From Ophelia neglecta (Eukaryota), in NCBI GenBank assembly GCA_965285935.1, contig OZ260665.1:40114001-40178000 (forward strand): DNA of 64,000 nt, in the 5' to 3' direction. How positions within the stretch are numbered: position 1 is the stretch's first letter; every line of letters starts with the position of its first letter. Of the stretch, positions 53,003-64,000 are shown piece by piece. Below the pieces are notes generated by a model. The model worked only from the letters and a program-made list of their open reading frames with translations. It was not told the DNA's origin and did no database searches. Made by a program: the position numbers and the translations under genes.

Positions 53003-56000
53003 AAAAGTATTTCAAATGTAGAAAAAGAAGCAGTCATCGGAGTAAGCACTGTGAACAGAATATTTCAATAGCAAATTGGTCAATATTTGTAATGTGCACA
53101 ATTCTGACAAGAGAAAAACCTCCTTTTGTCATAAAAAGGCAAAACATAATGTTATTTGCACTTTTAATTTGGCAAAAAACATTAAGAATTCAGGTTAAAT
53201 GTTTGACTTGATTATCCTGAAACAAGAAAGATGCATGCCATGTAATTCCTTAGGAACGACGCGCCAAAACCTATTAGTGAGTTTTAATATTTGGCATGCT
53301 TTTTCTTCAATTGGAAAGATTCAGCTGTTGTTGACGAGCTGATGTGGCGAGTATCAGTCTCTGCTCACCTATGTCTCCTAGTAAATGGCAGAAAAAACTG
53401 CTTAGTGACAAGGAACTGAATTGCGGCGTTTGCCTGAAATGGAGCCAGTAATGATATATTTACTATTAACATTTCTGCTATCAATATGAGGAGAAAGAAT
53501 TACAATTTTCTTCTACAGTCGGTTCAACGACACATTGTATGCCTTTAGGCTAAAGTTGATGTAAACTTATAATATCACCGTGTAAACACATTTGAGTCTG
53601 AATTTGTGTAGGTTGACTATATAATAACCTTGTTATTGGGATTATTTTTCTTCGTTGTAAAGGCTTATATTTCGGCTTATATCTAGATACAATAACTGGC
53701 AGAAATACAATTTGACCTGGCCCATTTTGCGAAAGTTTTGAACAAGACTAGATTCTCGAACAAATGTTGTTCTTCTGGTTTCTAGAGTAATTATTATAGA
53801 GGAGAGAGGGGGAATAACAAATATCTGGGCATCAGGCAGTAAACCCGTCCATCTGTTTATCCATATGGACCTATGAATTATCTGTAACTATCTCAATTCC
53901 TCTCATGGATATCTCCTGGCACGGCAGTGAAAAAGCCAGAGCTCTCACAATGAGACGGAACAAAATGTACTTATTGGCAGAAAGCTAAATCTTACAATGT
54001 CTTTTGCACGTACATGCAGAACGTATGTCTCATGATACTCATAGAGTAGGAAATCAGATGTTAATATGGTCAACTGGATGGCAACCAAAATTGGAACAAT
54101 TGCTTTTAATAGCTGTCCTGGGTTATGTTTAGTATTATCATAAAATCCAAGAAGTATGTACAAGTCCGCTTGAATATTGGACATTGCAGAATACCCTGTT
54201 ATGCTTGCCTGCTGCATTGGCCGTGATTGAGCCGCCATTTAAGCCCGTTATTAATCACTAAGCTTGATTAATATTCCTACGAAGGATTCTATATGCAGCT
54301 GGTAAGAACGAAAAAGGCCCAGTATTAAATACGTTCTGTAAGGTATAGTAGACTTGCCTTTCTAGACATGTTGTTTTCTACTCTACCATATAATGAAGCA
54401 CACTCGACATTGCCTGTGCGTCGGTATTTGTTGTAATTAATAATCAAAAAAAGAACATTATAATTATGAGAATTGATGCTTATTAAAATGCATTATACTT
54501 TGAACTTGAATTCATAGTTTGGCCTGCTGATTGACTTACAATGCTCATATAAGTCTCTTCTTTGGTCCTACCTTAATTATATAATCTGTAAACATCGGCT
54601 TTGTACGCTGAAAGACCAAGCTATTGGTCACGAGACGACCATTCGCAGGGCGGCTGAGTAGTTGGTAATTTCGGGGCCTTCCTTTTCAAACAGACGTTTC
54701 TGGCCCTTTGTCTGACAGATTAGGGTCCCCTGGGATCATCTTGTATGACCGGAGATAATGTAATTTCATTCCGAGCAACAAAGAGCAGACCCCGCAGAGA
54801 AATCCCACGGTGAGGCGATGTGAAGACGCTGACAACAGAGGTTTACGCCCGGCTCATCGGGCTTTATCGCGTGACTTTTTCCTGGTCCCTCATTCACACT
54901 ACTTTCCTTTGTTGACAGAAGACGAGTTCATGAAAAAAGAGTAAATTGGACAATTCGCTAAAGGCCGGTCGTAGCCAGTATAGTCCAGCTATGCAACCTA
55001 TACTCGCCTAGACACCTTATATCAACCAGCTCTTATCCAGATTACATGTCAACTATCACAGGCTGCGTTCGAACAGAAATACTGTAGTTAGTGATAGACC
55101 TAGATTTTTTATAGCCTAGGTCTAGATACAAAAATTGGTATATCACTGTCGTTTGGTAAAAATAACTTATGCATAAGGCCTCACGCGAAAACCTCCCATC
55201 CTTATTCCAATGAGACACTTGATCTTAAATTTGAGTGATATGCAATATTGGTGTTGAGCATGAAAATACCCTCTGCCTAACCAAGTATTCGGTTTTTCTA
55301 AGTCCCGAACTTGATCCTTCCTCAAAGATCGAGTCAGTCGCTCGACGGTAAGTAGCTGAGCTATTGATCTCAGCATTCCCTCCTCCGGGACTCACATATG
55401 GAAGAGGAATTTGTTCCGGAAATGGAAGAGAGGGCCGCAATTTCCCGGCATTCCCTTCCCTTTCCGCTCGGTACAGACGCACATTTATGATAAAGTATTT
55501 CGATTAACATGTTTTTAAATATCTGGCTGGCAACCTTTACCACAAGCTATCCTGCAAATCTGCAGCTGGGTGTTCACTTTGAACAGTACTTCAAATAACC
55601 ATACTGGCGTAATGGATTTTGAAACTTTTGCAATCCCAAGGTTAAAGTCACGTCCTTGGGAGACCAACAGATGCCTCGTGTCTTCACGAACCTTTCTATT
55701 GAATACCTTGTCCAAAACACCTTTTATTGACATTCGTACTTGGCTCGTTTCTTGCTGGATTGATAATTTAAACAAATTTATGCTGCCACGGACATATCTG
55801 TGTATTAAATGATTATTGTCATATAGATTTTTTTTGTTGAGTTTGCTTGTTTCTATAACGCGCATGCTCATTTGAAGAAACACATGTTCCGGTTGATCAA
55901 TGCGATTTAACTCGTGTCCATTGACAATCGCTTTTAGCCGAAGCTAAATGAATTAAGTGCAACAATGATTGCTGAAACTTAAATCGACTGATTTCGATAT

Positions 56001-56418
56001 TGTGTCGTATTTAATGAACTGCTGTACATAGACAAAGCACATGCATAAGAATCAACTACGTTATTCAACACTTGTACATTATTCAATGCCGTCAAAGAAC
56101 TTTAAAAAGACATGGAAGTCAGGCGACTTGAGTTTTATCCCAAACCAGTTAGGAGCTTTGCTGATATTATTTTGTTGTAAAGATATCTGTGCATATTCAC
56201 CCATCCCTATCCGAAACTCATTTAATGCTAATCGTGGTTTGACGAGTAAGCCTAGTTAATAACACAGTTCCCCCGGGAACAGATTATAGATGTTCTCCAC
56301 TGCCTTTATCCTAACAAAATGCAACATTTCGTCACCATACTTTATATGCGAGATGCGGCAAAAACATGTTTTTTTTAATACTGGGCATACGCACGGATTG
56401 TAGGCTACGACACGATGG

Positions 56419-56645
56419 NNNNNNNNNNNNNNNNNNNNNNNNNNNNNNNNNNNNNNNNNNNNNNNNNNNNNNNNNNNNNNNNNNNNNNNNNNNNNNNNNN
56501 NNNNNNNNNNNNNNNNNNNNNNNNNNNNNNNNNNNNNNNNNNNNNNNNNNNNNNNNNNNNNNNNNNNNNNNNNNNNNNNNNNNNNNNNNNNNNNNNNNNN
56601 NNNNNNNNNNNNNNNNNNNNNNNNNNNNNNNNNNNNNNNNNNNNN
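56419..56645. other. Assembly gap (227 N)
   Basis: Run of N. The ORFs spanning it are artefacts. Confidence 0.99.
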
Positions 56646-57397
56646 TTATTTGGCTCGAGATCAGACAACGCTCATTCGTCAAGCAGTACTCTACTTTTTT
56701 TTTGTGACACTGTGGCTTGTCGGAAAGTCAATTTACAGCACACCTTGTGATACTTAACACATTGGTACTGCGTGGTAACGATCTCCATAAACAAAGGCAA
56801 TGACCGGTCCAGACAAAACGAAATGTATTGGGGTCTTGCAGGGCCTGTAGCTTTGTCAGATATTTACTGGATCTGGAAAATTACAGGCTGAAATAGCGTC
56901 AATAACCACTGGATCGACATTCATGTCATCCGGCGTCTGCCAAGGCATTCATCAGTTGTCACTCTCAAAGGCAGTCATTTCGAGAGGTGGGACAACAGTT
57001 TGTTGTCCGTGAGGAGTAGTCAGTCGGAGCAAGCCAATCAGCTAGCTTGTCACATTACGTCAGCTCCCAGCGAATTGCACGATTTACGACTCTGTAAATA
57101 AGACAAGGAAATCACCGGGAATCTGTAAGCTCAACAGATAGCTTTGGTTTAGTAAAGCGCACACCCAGCCGATTTCTGAGTTTAATGAAATCCAATGTAA
57201 ATCACACCAAGCTGTTTGAAACTTTATTCCCTATTCTTATTATGTACATGAACATTGTTTCCGCCAATCTTTTTAAATGGAGCATTTAGTTAATATCACA
57301 TAATGTTTGTATAAATATCTGTCTCAATTGGCGACTTTCCTCTGTACTATTAAGTTAAAGTAACTTGGACTTTTTGTGCTCGTCCTGCCACTAATAG

Positions 57398-57507
57398 GAG
57401 TGGGATGACTATAAGTTGGAGTGGCTACCTGAAGAGTACGGTGGCGTTGATCGTCTGTACGTACCCTCCGAGGAGATATGGCTGCCTGACATTGTACTCT
57501 ATAATAA
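57398..57507 (+). CDS. nAChR alpha gene B, coding exon 4a (110 nt, loop A), mutually exclusive copy
   Basis: ctaatAG|[38 protein letters not shown]|GTAAGT, phase 0-2. Joins exon 5 to give YNNADG. Confidence 0.95.
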
Positions 57508-58273
57508 GTAAGTCCTAATTCAGCAGAATTTCTCTGCCAGTGGAAATTCCCTACACGGTTTGTATTCCCTGTTAGATGTTTATATGTTGTGCGTGATGCA
57601 TTAGAATTGTGCCTGTAGACCATAGCGCTCGCCAGACACACGCGTTAGTTATTGTGGTTTTTTCCAATCAACTCGTTAACGTGCATGAACTTAATGCCAT
57701 TTTGTGATTGATGCGAAATGGTTGTTTTTATAATGTCATGTCCTGACGCAAAAAAATGGAAATGAACATTGCTCATACGCAGTGTTATTTTTGTGATTAC
57801 ATATTATTGTACATATTCTTGAAGTTTTGCATACTTCTTTCTTCTGTTAGGCCCATGTCTATGTAGGCCTAAAGGCCCTTGGACCTTATATGTTTGTTTT
57901 TAGCATTATTAGGTACTTGTAAACCCCTGTAGTCCCAGGTATAAAGTTGAAAATCTTGCGTTTATTGAAAAATAAATGTGGATTATTGGATTAGAGTATC
58001 GAATTGTTGATACTTGTTTGCGAATAGACTAGTCGCAATACCGTTAACGGACTTGAAACCATTCCAGTAGTGAATAATTTTTTTTTTAATTAACATTGTT
58101 TGAGCACACAATGGCCTTCAGAATGCTTGTTTCAATTTCTTTTCTTTTGAACAATTAAATTGACAGGGTAAAATTCAGCGAATTGCACTCAACAGAAATA
58201 TATTAATGTAGTTTTTGGATTGATGCAACATTTGCAAATTTTTTTGCAACTTTATAGCTAAGGGTTTAAAGGT

Positions 58274-58309
58274 ACGATAGCCTTTTTGTTCCTTTAAAAA
58301 GGCTATCGT
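58274..58309 (+). other. Perfect 14-bp hairpin between exons 4a and 4b
   Basis: ACGATAGCCTTTTT, 8-nt loop, AAAAAGGCTATCGT. Confidence 0.8.
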
Positions 58310-58485
58310 TATTGCATGGACGTGTCACTGCAAAAGTCAGCAACCGGTGTTATACCTCAGTGAACGTGAAAATGAATGTACATCTATGATTATAATTGTC
58401 ACTGCATGAGTATTGCTGTTTTTTAGTAAAGAAGTTTAAACTGCATGATGTGATTAGTTAAGTATTGTTCATGTCTTGTGAAAAG

Positions 58486-58595
58486 GTTTGGCACGACACT
58501 GGGCTAGCATGGATCCCGGAGGAGTATGGGGGTATAGAGGCGCTGACTGTACCTGCCTGGGACATCTGGCTCCCCGACATTGTCCTATACAACAA
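58486..58595 (+). CDS. nAChR alpha gene B, coding exon 4b (110 nt, loop A), mutually exclusive copy
   Basis: gaaaAG|[38 protein letters not shown]|GTATGT. Same length and phases as 4a, open frame, 23/36 residues identical. Confidence 0.88.
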
Positions 58596-61500
58596 GTATG
58601 TGGTCATAGGAAACCACTAAAACACTAACCAATTACTAGATATAAACAAACTTGTATAGGCAGACAACTGGTGAGATACTTCTAATACTCAAGGAGCCCA
58701 TTAATCATCCCGAGTGGAACAACTTCACAATATGCTTTTGTGAAGAATTGATTTGTAAAAGGCATTTCAACATTAAGTTTATTAATCAAGTAGAAATCTT
58801 ACCATTACTAGATTAGACTATACTTGTAGTTTAACATCCTTACTGTACATTGCGTCTTTTTATTACACGTGTGCTTGATGTATAAGTTGCACAATATAAT
58901 CATAAATTCTATTTTCAGCCATTTTGTCATAGCAATGTGTATTTCTGACCAAATCTGATTAATCGCATTCAGTGAGCATTTTTAATCATCTAAATATTTA
59001 TTGTTTATGCATTTGCTAAATATACATCAAGACACATTTATCATAAAGCACTTGCACCATCAAAAGAATATGCTTCTCTGCACAAGCGTTGCTTACATAA
59101 AGAAAATGAAAACAAACTTAAACATTTGAGATTAACCCAGTTGCACTGAATATTTCACAAGTACTTCTGATCATGTTTAAGTAAATGTTCTTATATTTCA
59201 GCCCAGTCTTTGAATTCAGCCCCGTGGCTTGGTTTAAACGATTTTGCTTCGCTATTTAGAAATTTTTAATCTGAAATAATCATAGGAAATGTGTCTCATG
59301 CATCAGTTCTGCCTTTCACCTAATCATTATCACGCGCATTAGCCAGGTAAATGCCAGACGACACTTCCAATGCCTGGGGCTCCTTCCGGTTACCACGCTG
59401 AAGAGAAACCATCGTGATTAATGCAATCCTTTGAAAAAATTCGTCTGACTCGCCAGATTAAGACATAATAAGCACTAATGTCTGTACCACGAGCCCCGGA
59501 GCCCTTGACTGAGGTAAACGACTGTCCTTGTAACGGGTAGCACAGGCGACTCCGGGGGGGGGGGGGGGGGGCTGGAGGGATAAGGGGTGGGATTCGACAT
59601 TTGTTCGACCAGTAGTAGTCTTTCAGGTGTAAGGAATGAAAGCCTCAATATCCCCTTCCAAGAAGAGGCAAAATGCGTAGAGCCCCACCCTTTTGAGAGG
59701 ATGCCTCGGTACCCATCCCAGCCCTCACCTTGATGGGACCCCCACTCTCCTCTGCCGAAAATGCTCCCTCCGCCAGCGGATAGACTGTATAGAATACTGA
59801 AGCTCGCCTGGCAGATTGGATTCCCTGGGTAGCATCACAAGTCAGAACCGGCCGACGATTAGCCATTCTTCGTATCATACGTCTCTCCTGCAGCTTTTTG
59901 CCTTCCAATTTCACAAACCTTCTCAGAAATCACATGCTAAAGCATTTTTATGTCATTCGCGAATCAAGATACACGCTTATTACCATCAGTAAATGCATTC
60001 TATTGTCTGCCCCCGCAACGTCCTCATTGGTAAATGGTACACTGATATTTCTCATCGGCAGTGAAGCAACTATAAAAACCCAAATTAGACATTTCAGCAT
60101 GCCTCTCGGTCTCGCCCCTGACACGACTCTCCATTCATCATTATATAATGAAATGTACTTTAGGAATAGTTTCATTGGCCTAGGGTTGACTAAGATTTAT
60201 AGAAAATCCAATGGAATTTGAAAGATTTTACAATGCAGAAAATAGTTTAGGTAATATTGAGCTAGTTAATATTCAACAATTGATCTGATCATTCATGCCC
60301 ATGTGACAACCCAGAGAGAGGCACGGTGATGTTTCCAAATGGGTGCGTCCAATCTCAGATTAATGTCGTAGGATGCTAGTGCCGGTACGAGAGACAGACT
60401 CGGGCCTTTCTCCTGCCCAGCAAACTGCTGACGATGAGAAACCATGTCATGCTTTAGTCACCCATCTGAGAGGACTCCCTTACAAAAGCGTCGATAAGCA
60501 GCCAAAAGTAACCTACAGACTCATAGGCCTAGTTCTTAGGGAGAAAAAATCGAAACGGGATATTATACTTCCGCGATCGGATTTCAGGTCTATGCTAAAT
60601 TCCTCCCGCGTGCGATGAAAATCCATTTATTGATTGTTTCATTTCTTGACAAACAACATTTTATAAACGTGTCATACTAATTATTGTTTTTGTCTCTTCC
60701 TAGGAGCGCCGGCGGAATACTTCAAAGATGTTTTCTTTTTTCAGCCATCGATTGATATTGTTTCAGTCGTCTGAGCTTGAGCATGCGCTGAAGCAAAAAG
60801 CAGAATGGAGTTATACAAAGTTGTCACTTGCCACTGTCACACCGGATGCACTTTAAGCTCTCAGAATCCCATTGGCTTCCTCGCCAGTCTTTTCATGTTA
60901 TTCCAATAAACTCTTGATAAAGTGGTATGTCTCTTACAGGTCATCCTATCCTAGCATGCTTGGACGTGTTTATTCTTTGTGACTGATCCATATTCCTGCA
61001 ACCTAGCTGTACAAAACAGCAATCTTTATTTTATATGTATGCATTTATATTCCTATACAAGTATTATTTATCCTCTTCCTATTTGAAATTGATTTCGTGT
61101 ATGCCTCTTTCCATATGTTGTATGACTTTAATAATTCAATGTTTTACTGTTCTTCCTTCTGCCTCGAGCTCTGATACATTTACCTAAATCAGTTTTACTT
61201 TTTTATTCCATGCATACCTTTGTCTCGTATCCTGTTTCTACTAATTGCCTGTCAACTCGCTAAGGTTTCCTTCCATTCCAGGTGTTTTATTGCATGTGAA
61301 TCGTGTCTAATGGTTTTTCATGTCACATTTTCTTCTATCTACCTATCGTATATTTAATTTCCAATAACTATAAGTCTTGGTATGACTCTTACTTAAGTAT
61401 TTGATTTTTACTACCGCATCTTCTATCTATAATTTGAATGTAGCCTTTGCTATGGGCTGGTTTTTAGAAAAATGGCTGGATGTCTCTGCGTCTTAAAAAA

Positions 61501-62002
61501 TTGAAACCTCGTGTATTTATTAAACTCTAAAGAGCTAGTATAATTAATGTGTAAACAATTATATCAAGAAGAGACATGCCCTGAAGCTCATGTCTCTCAT
61601 TTATTGCCAATCCAATCACTGTAACCTATCCAAAATATGATGATTTTTTTTCGGAGTGATCTTGTAATGTATTGAAAATATGATCGGAAACAACCAAGCG
61701 GCGTAATATTTGCCTATACCTCGGGCTAAGTTCAGAGAAAAAAAACGAGCATCCATACATGTTTATCTCAAGTTTGAGAACTTGATATTAAACTGAGAAT
61801 TGCCTCTGTTCTATAGAGCCACCCCATCCGACGTTTGTCATCCCTCCCCTTCAATGAGTTTGATGTCTTGTAAGACTTATCACCATTTTGTTATCCTGCC
61901 AGTTTTTGTTTTGATGTATTAAACTATCTATCTATCGGACGTGCCATAGCCCTGGAGAGATGTAAGCTTTACCTGGAGTTTACACGTCATTGCATTTTGC
62001 AG

Positions 62003-63002
62003 CGCTGACGGTAACTACGAGGTAACTCTGATGACAAAAGCCACAATATTCCCAACAGGCAAGGTTCACTGGGAACCCCCGGCAATATACAAGTCATCAT
62101 GTCACATCAATGTCGAGTTTTTCCCATTTGATGAGCAACTGTGCACCCTCAAATTTGGCAGCTGGACCTACGATGGCTTTCAAGTGGACTTGAAGCATAT
62201 TGGACAAATTGGGGAGAATGATGGTGATGTAATCCAGACGGGTATAGATATAAAAGATTTCTACCGCTCAGCCGAATGGGATTTGTTGAGCTGTCCAGCT
62301 AAAAAGAATCAGAAATATTACACCTGCTGCGAGGAGCCCTACCCTGATATCACATTTAATATAACCATGAGAAGGAAGACCCTGTTCCACACAGTTAACC
62401 TGATTATCCCCTGCGTAGCCATCAGCTTCCTTACTGTACTCGTCTTTTACTTGCCCTCCGACAGCGGGGAGAAGATTACCTTGTGTATCTCCATTCTGCT
62501 TTCTCTCACCGTGTTCTTCCTGCTCCTGGCTGAGATCATTCCGCCCACCTCGCTGGTGGTGCCCCTTATCGGAAAGTACCTCCTCTTTACTATGATACTG
62601 GTGACCCTGAGCATTATCGTCACTGTGATAGTCCTCAACGTACACTTCCGCGGCCCTACCACTCACACTATGTCGCCCTGGGTACGAAAGGTCTTCCTCA
62701 ACATTCTTCCACGCCTATTACTCATGCGCAGACCCAACGTGGACCGGGACAAGGCCCCCAAGGTGGTGGTGCGCACGTGCAATGGCGTAGAGATCCGGGA
62801 CAGCTATGGTGAGGGGAAGCGGCTGAGCCGGGATTTGACCTTTGACAACATGGGCGGCTTCACATCTGCGATTCTGCGAGAGGAGATTGACTTTGAAATC
62901 CCCCCAGCAGCCAGGGCGCAATACGCACCGGAAGTCATCAGAGCGATAGATGGCGCCAAATTCATTGCTGAACATCTTAAGTTGGAGGACGACGCCAGAA
63001 AT
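62003..63002 (+). CDS. nAChR alpha gene B, coding exon 5 (Cys loop, loops E/B/F/C, TM1-TM3, cytoplasmic loop); TM4 exon beyond window
   Basis: cattttgcAG|[15 protein letters not shown]..., Cys loop [15 protein letters not shown], loop B GSWTYDG, loop [10 protein letters not shown] (vicinal Cys = alpha subunit), SGEKITL (cation-selective), ...[14 protein letters not shown]|GTAAGT, phase 0. Confidence 0.98.
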
Positions 63003-64000
63003 GTAAGTTAGGCTTAGTGGAAAACAGGTAACAACAAAACAAGACGCATCAATTTCGTGTTGGCCATACTGTTGCTTTTTTTCAAAGTGAAAAAGAGAAA
63101 TTGCAAGCCAAAGACACATAAAAGAGCCTATCGGGGCTTGAGTTCATCTAAATGCTGAAGACGTATTCTGTTTCCTTTGTTCTGATTTCCCTCGTGTGTA
63201 ATGCGATTAGTATCGTTCATTCTCTACCATCCCTCGCCATTCGTCCCGACTCAACAGCCTCTTTTTGGATTTATTTAAGGCTTCTAATCTACATAATCGT
63301 TCATGGGCAGTGTTCATATATCTATTGATTTGTCTTATTAGTGTATAAATCCCAGAGACAGGTGATGAAAATTCGGATTATCCGAGCGTATTATAACAGG
63401 GAGAGTGACCACATGCCGAGCGATCGAATGCTACTTAGCCTCGTTATTGACCTGTCTTATTTTCCCCCCAATTCATCTACTTATACAAGTCCCAGATCCC
63501 TACACGATTAATTTATTCTGCTCCTGACGACCATTGGCGGGATTAGTAAAGCCTCATCAGACATGTTGTATTAATGTATTGGGAATTAGGATAATATAAT
63601 AATGAACCATGTCCTGCGCATGGGGACTCGGGTGATTAAGATAATTAATTAAGTATGAAACAATTATAAGTGATTAACTGTTTATGTGTTTATATATATA
63701 TTGCTTCCTGAAGTCATAACTAATCAGTAAAATTGTTTTATCTTTAATTCAAAAGAAGTTCAAACAAATCAGCGAAGATATTTGTTGGAAACTAAGTAAT
63801 ATTATAAAAGAAATAACCAGAACACTCAAGCCAACCGCTATACTTTAGGAGTTAACCGTTTTTATAAACAGCTGTGTAAACCATCCTAATAAAGAAAACA
63901 AGGACCGTTTAATTTGAATTTGAAAAATGGGAGGGGGGTAGAAAAAAGTAAACAAATGTCTTCAAAGCTTTAGCCAAAAGAAATTCTGACTATCTAAAGG

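Noticed and set aside
56332-56750. ORFs containing X runs
   Set aside because: Artefacts of the N gap.
60704-60855. Third exon-4 copy after the strong acceptor tgtctcttcctAG
   Set aside because: The translation has no nAChR similarity and runs into a stop codon.
62268-63119. Minus-strand ORFs of 71-133 aa
   Set aside because: Antisense shadows of the real exon 5.
1-64000. Prokaryotic systems (CRISPR arrays, operons, rRNA)
   Set aside because: Spliceosomal exon-intron structure throughout, with no repeat-spacer arrays or rRNA-like sequence seen.

Overview
AT-rich, intron-rich eukaryotic DNA, probably from a lophotrochozoan invertebrate (inferred from receptor motifs and repeat types). Two nicotinic acetylcholine receptor (nAChR) subunit genes lie in tandem on the + strand. 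Gene A (non-alpha, Drosophila beta1/UNC-29-like) is present only as its 3' end, which has two intact, duplicated TM4/C-terminal exons (3903-4073 and 8287-8478). The first has its own poly(A) signals, so they look like alternative last exons. Gene B is a cation-selective alpha subunit (loop C YTCC, GEK before TM2; insect alpha1-4/alpha8-like) spanning about 20.4 kb to beyond the window end. Its reconstructed structure is a probable non-coding exon at 20411-20708, a signal-peptide exon at 21752-21818, a 21-kb intron, exon 2 at 43056-43201, a 45-nt exon 3 at 51496-51540, two 110-nt mutually exclusive exon-4 copies (57398-57507 and 58486-58595), and a 1000-nt exon 5 at 62003-63002. Its TM4 exon lies outside the window. 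The ORF track misses the signal-peptide exon and both exon-4 copies. An identical 13-mer (CAGCGAATTGCAC) precedes both exon-4 copies at matching distance and is a candidate splicing selector. A second in-frame signal peptide could arise from ATG 42992. The remainder is intronic or intergenic DNA with SINE and MITE remnants, G/C tracts and a 227-nt assembly gap. All splice models are read from sequence alone, with no transcript evidence.
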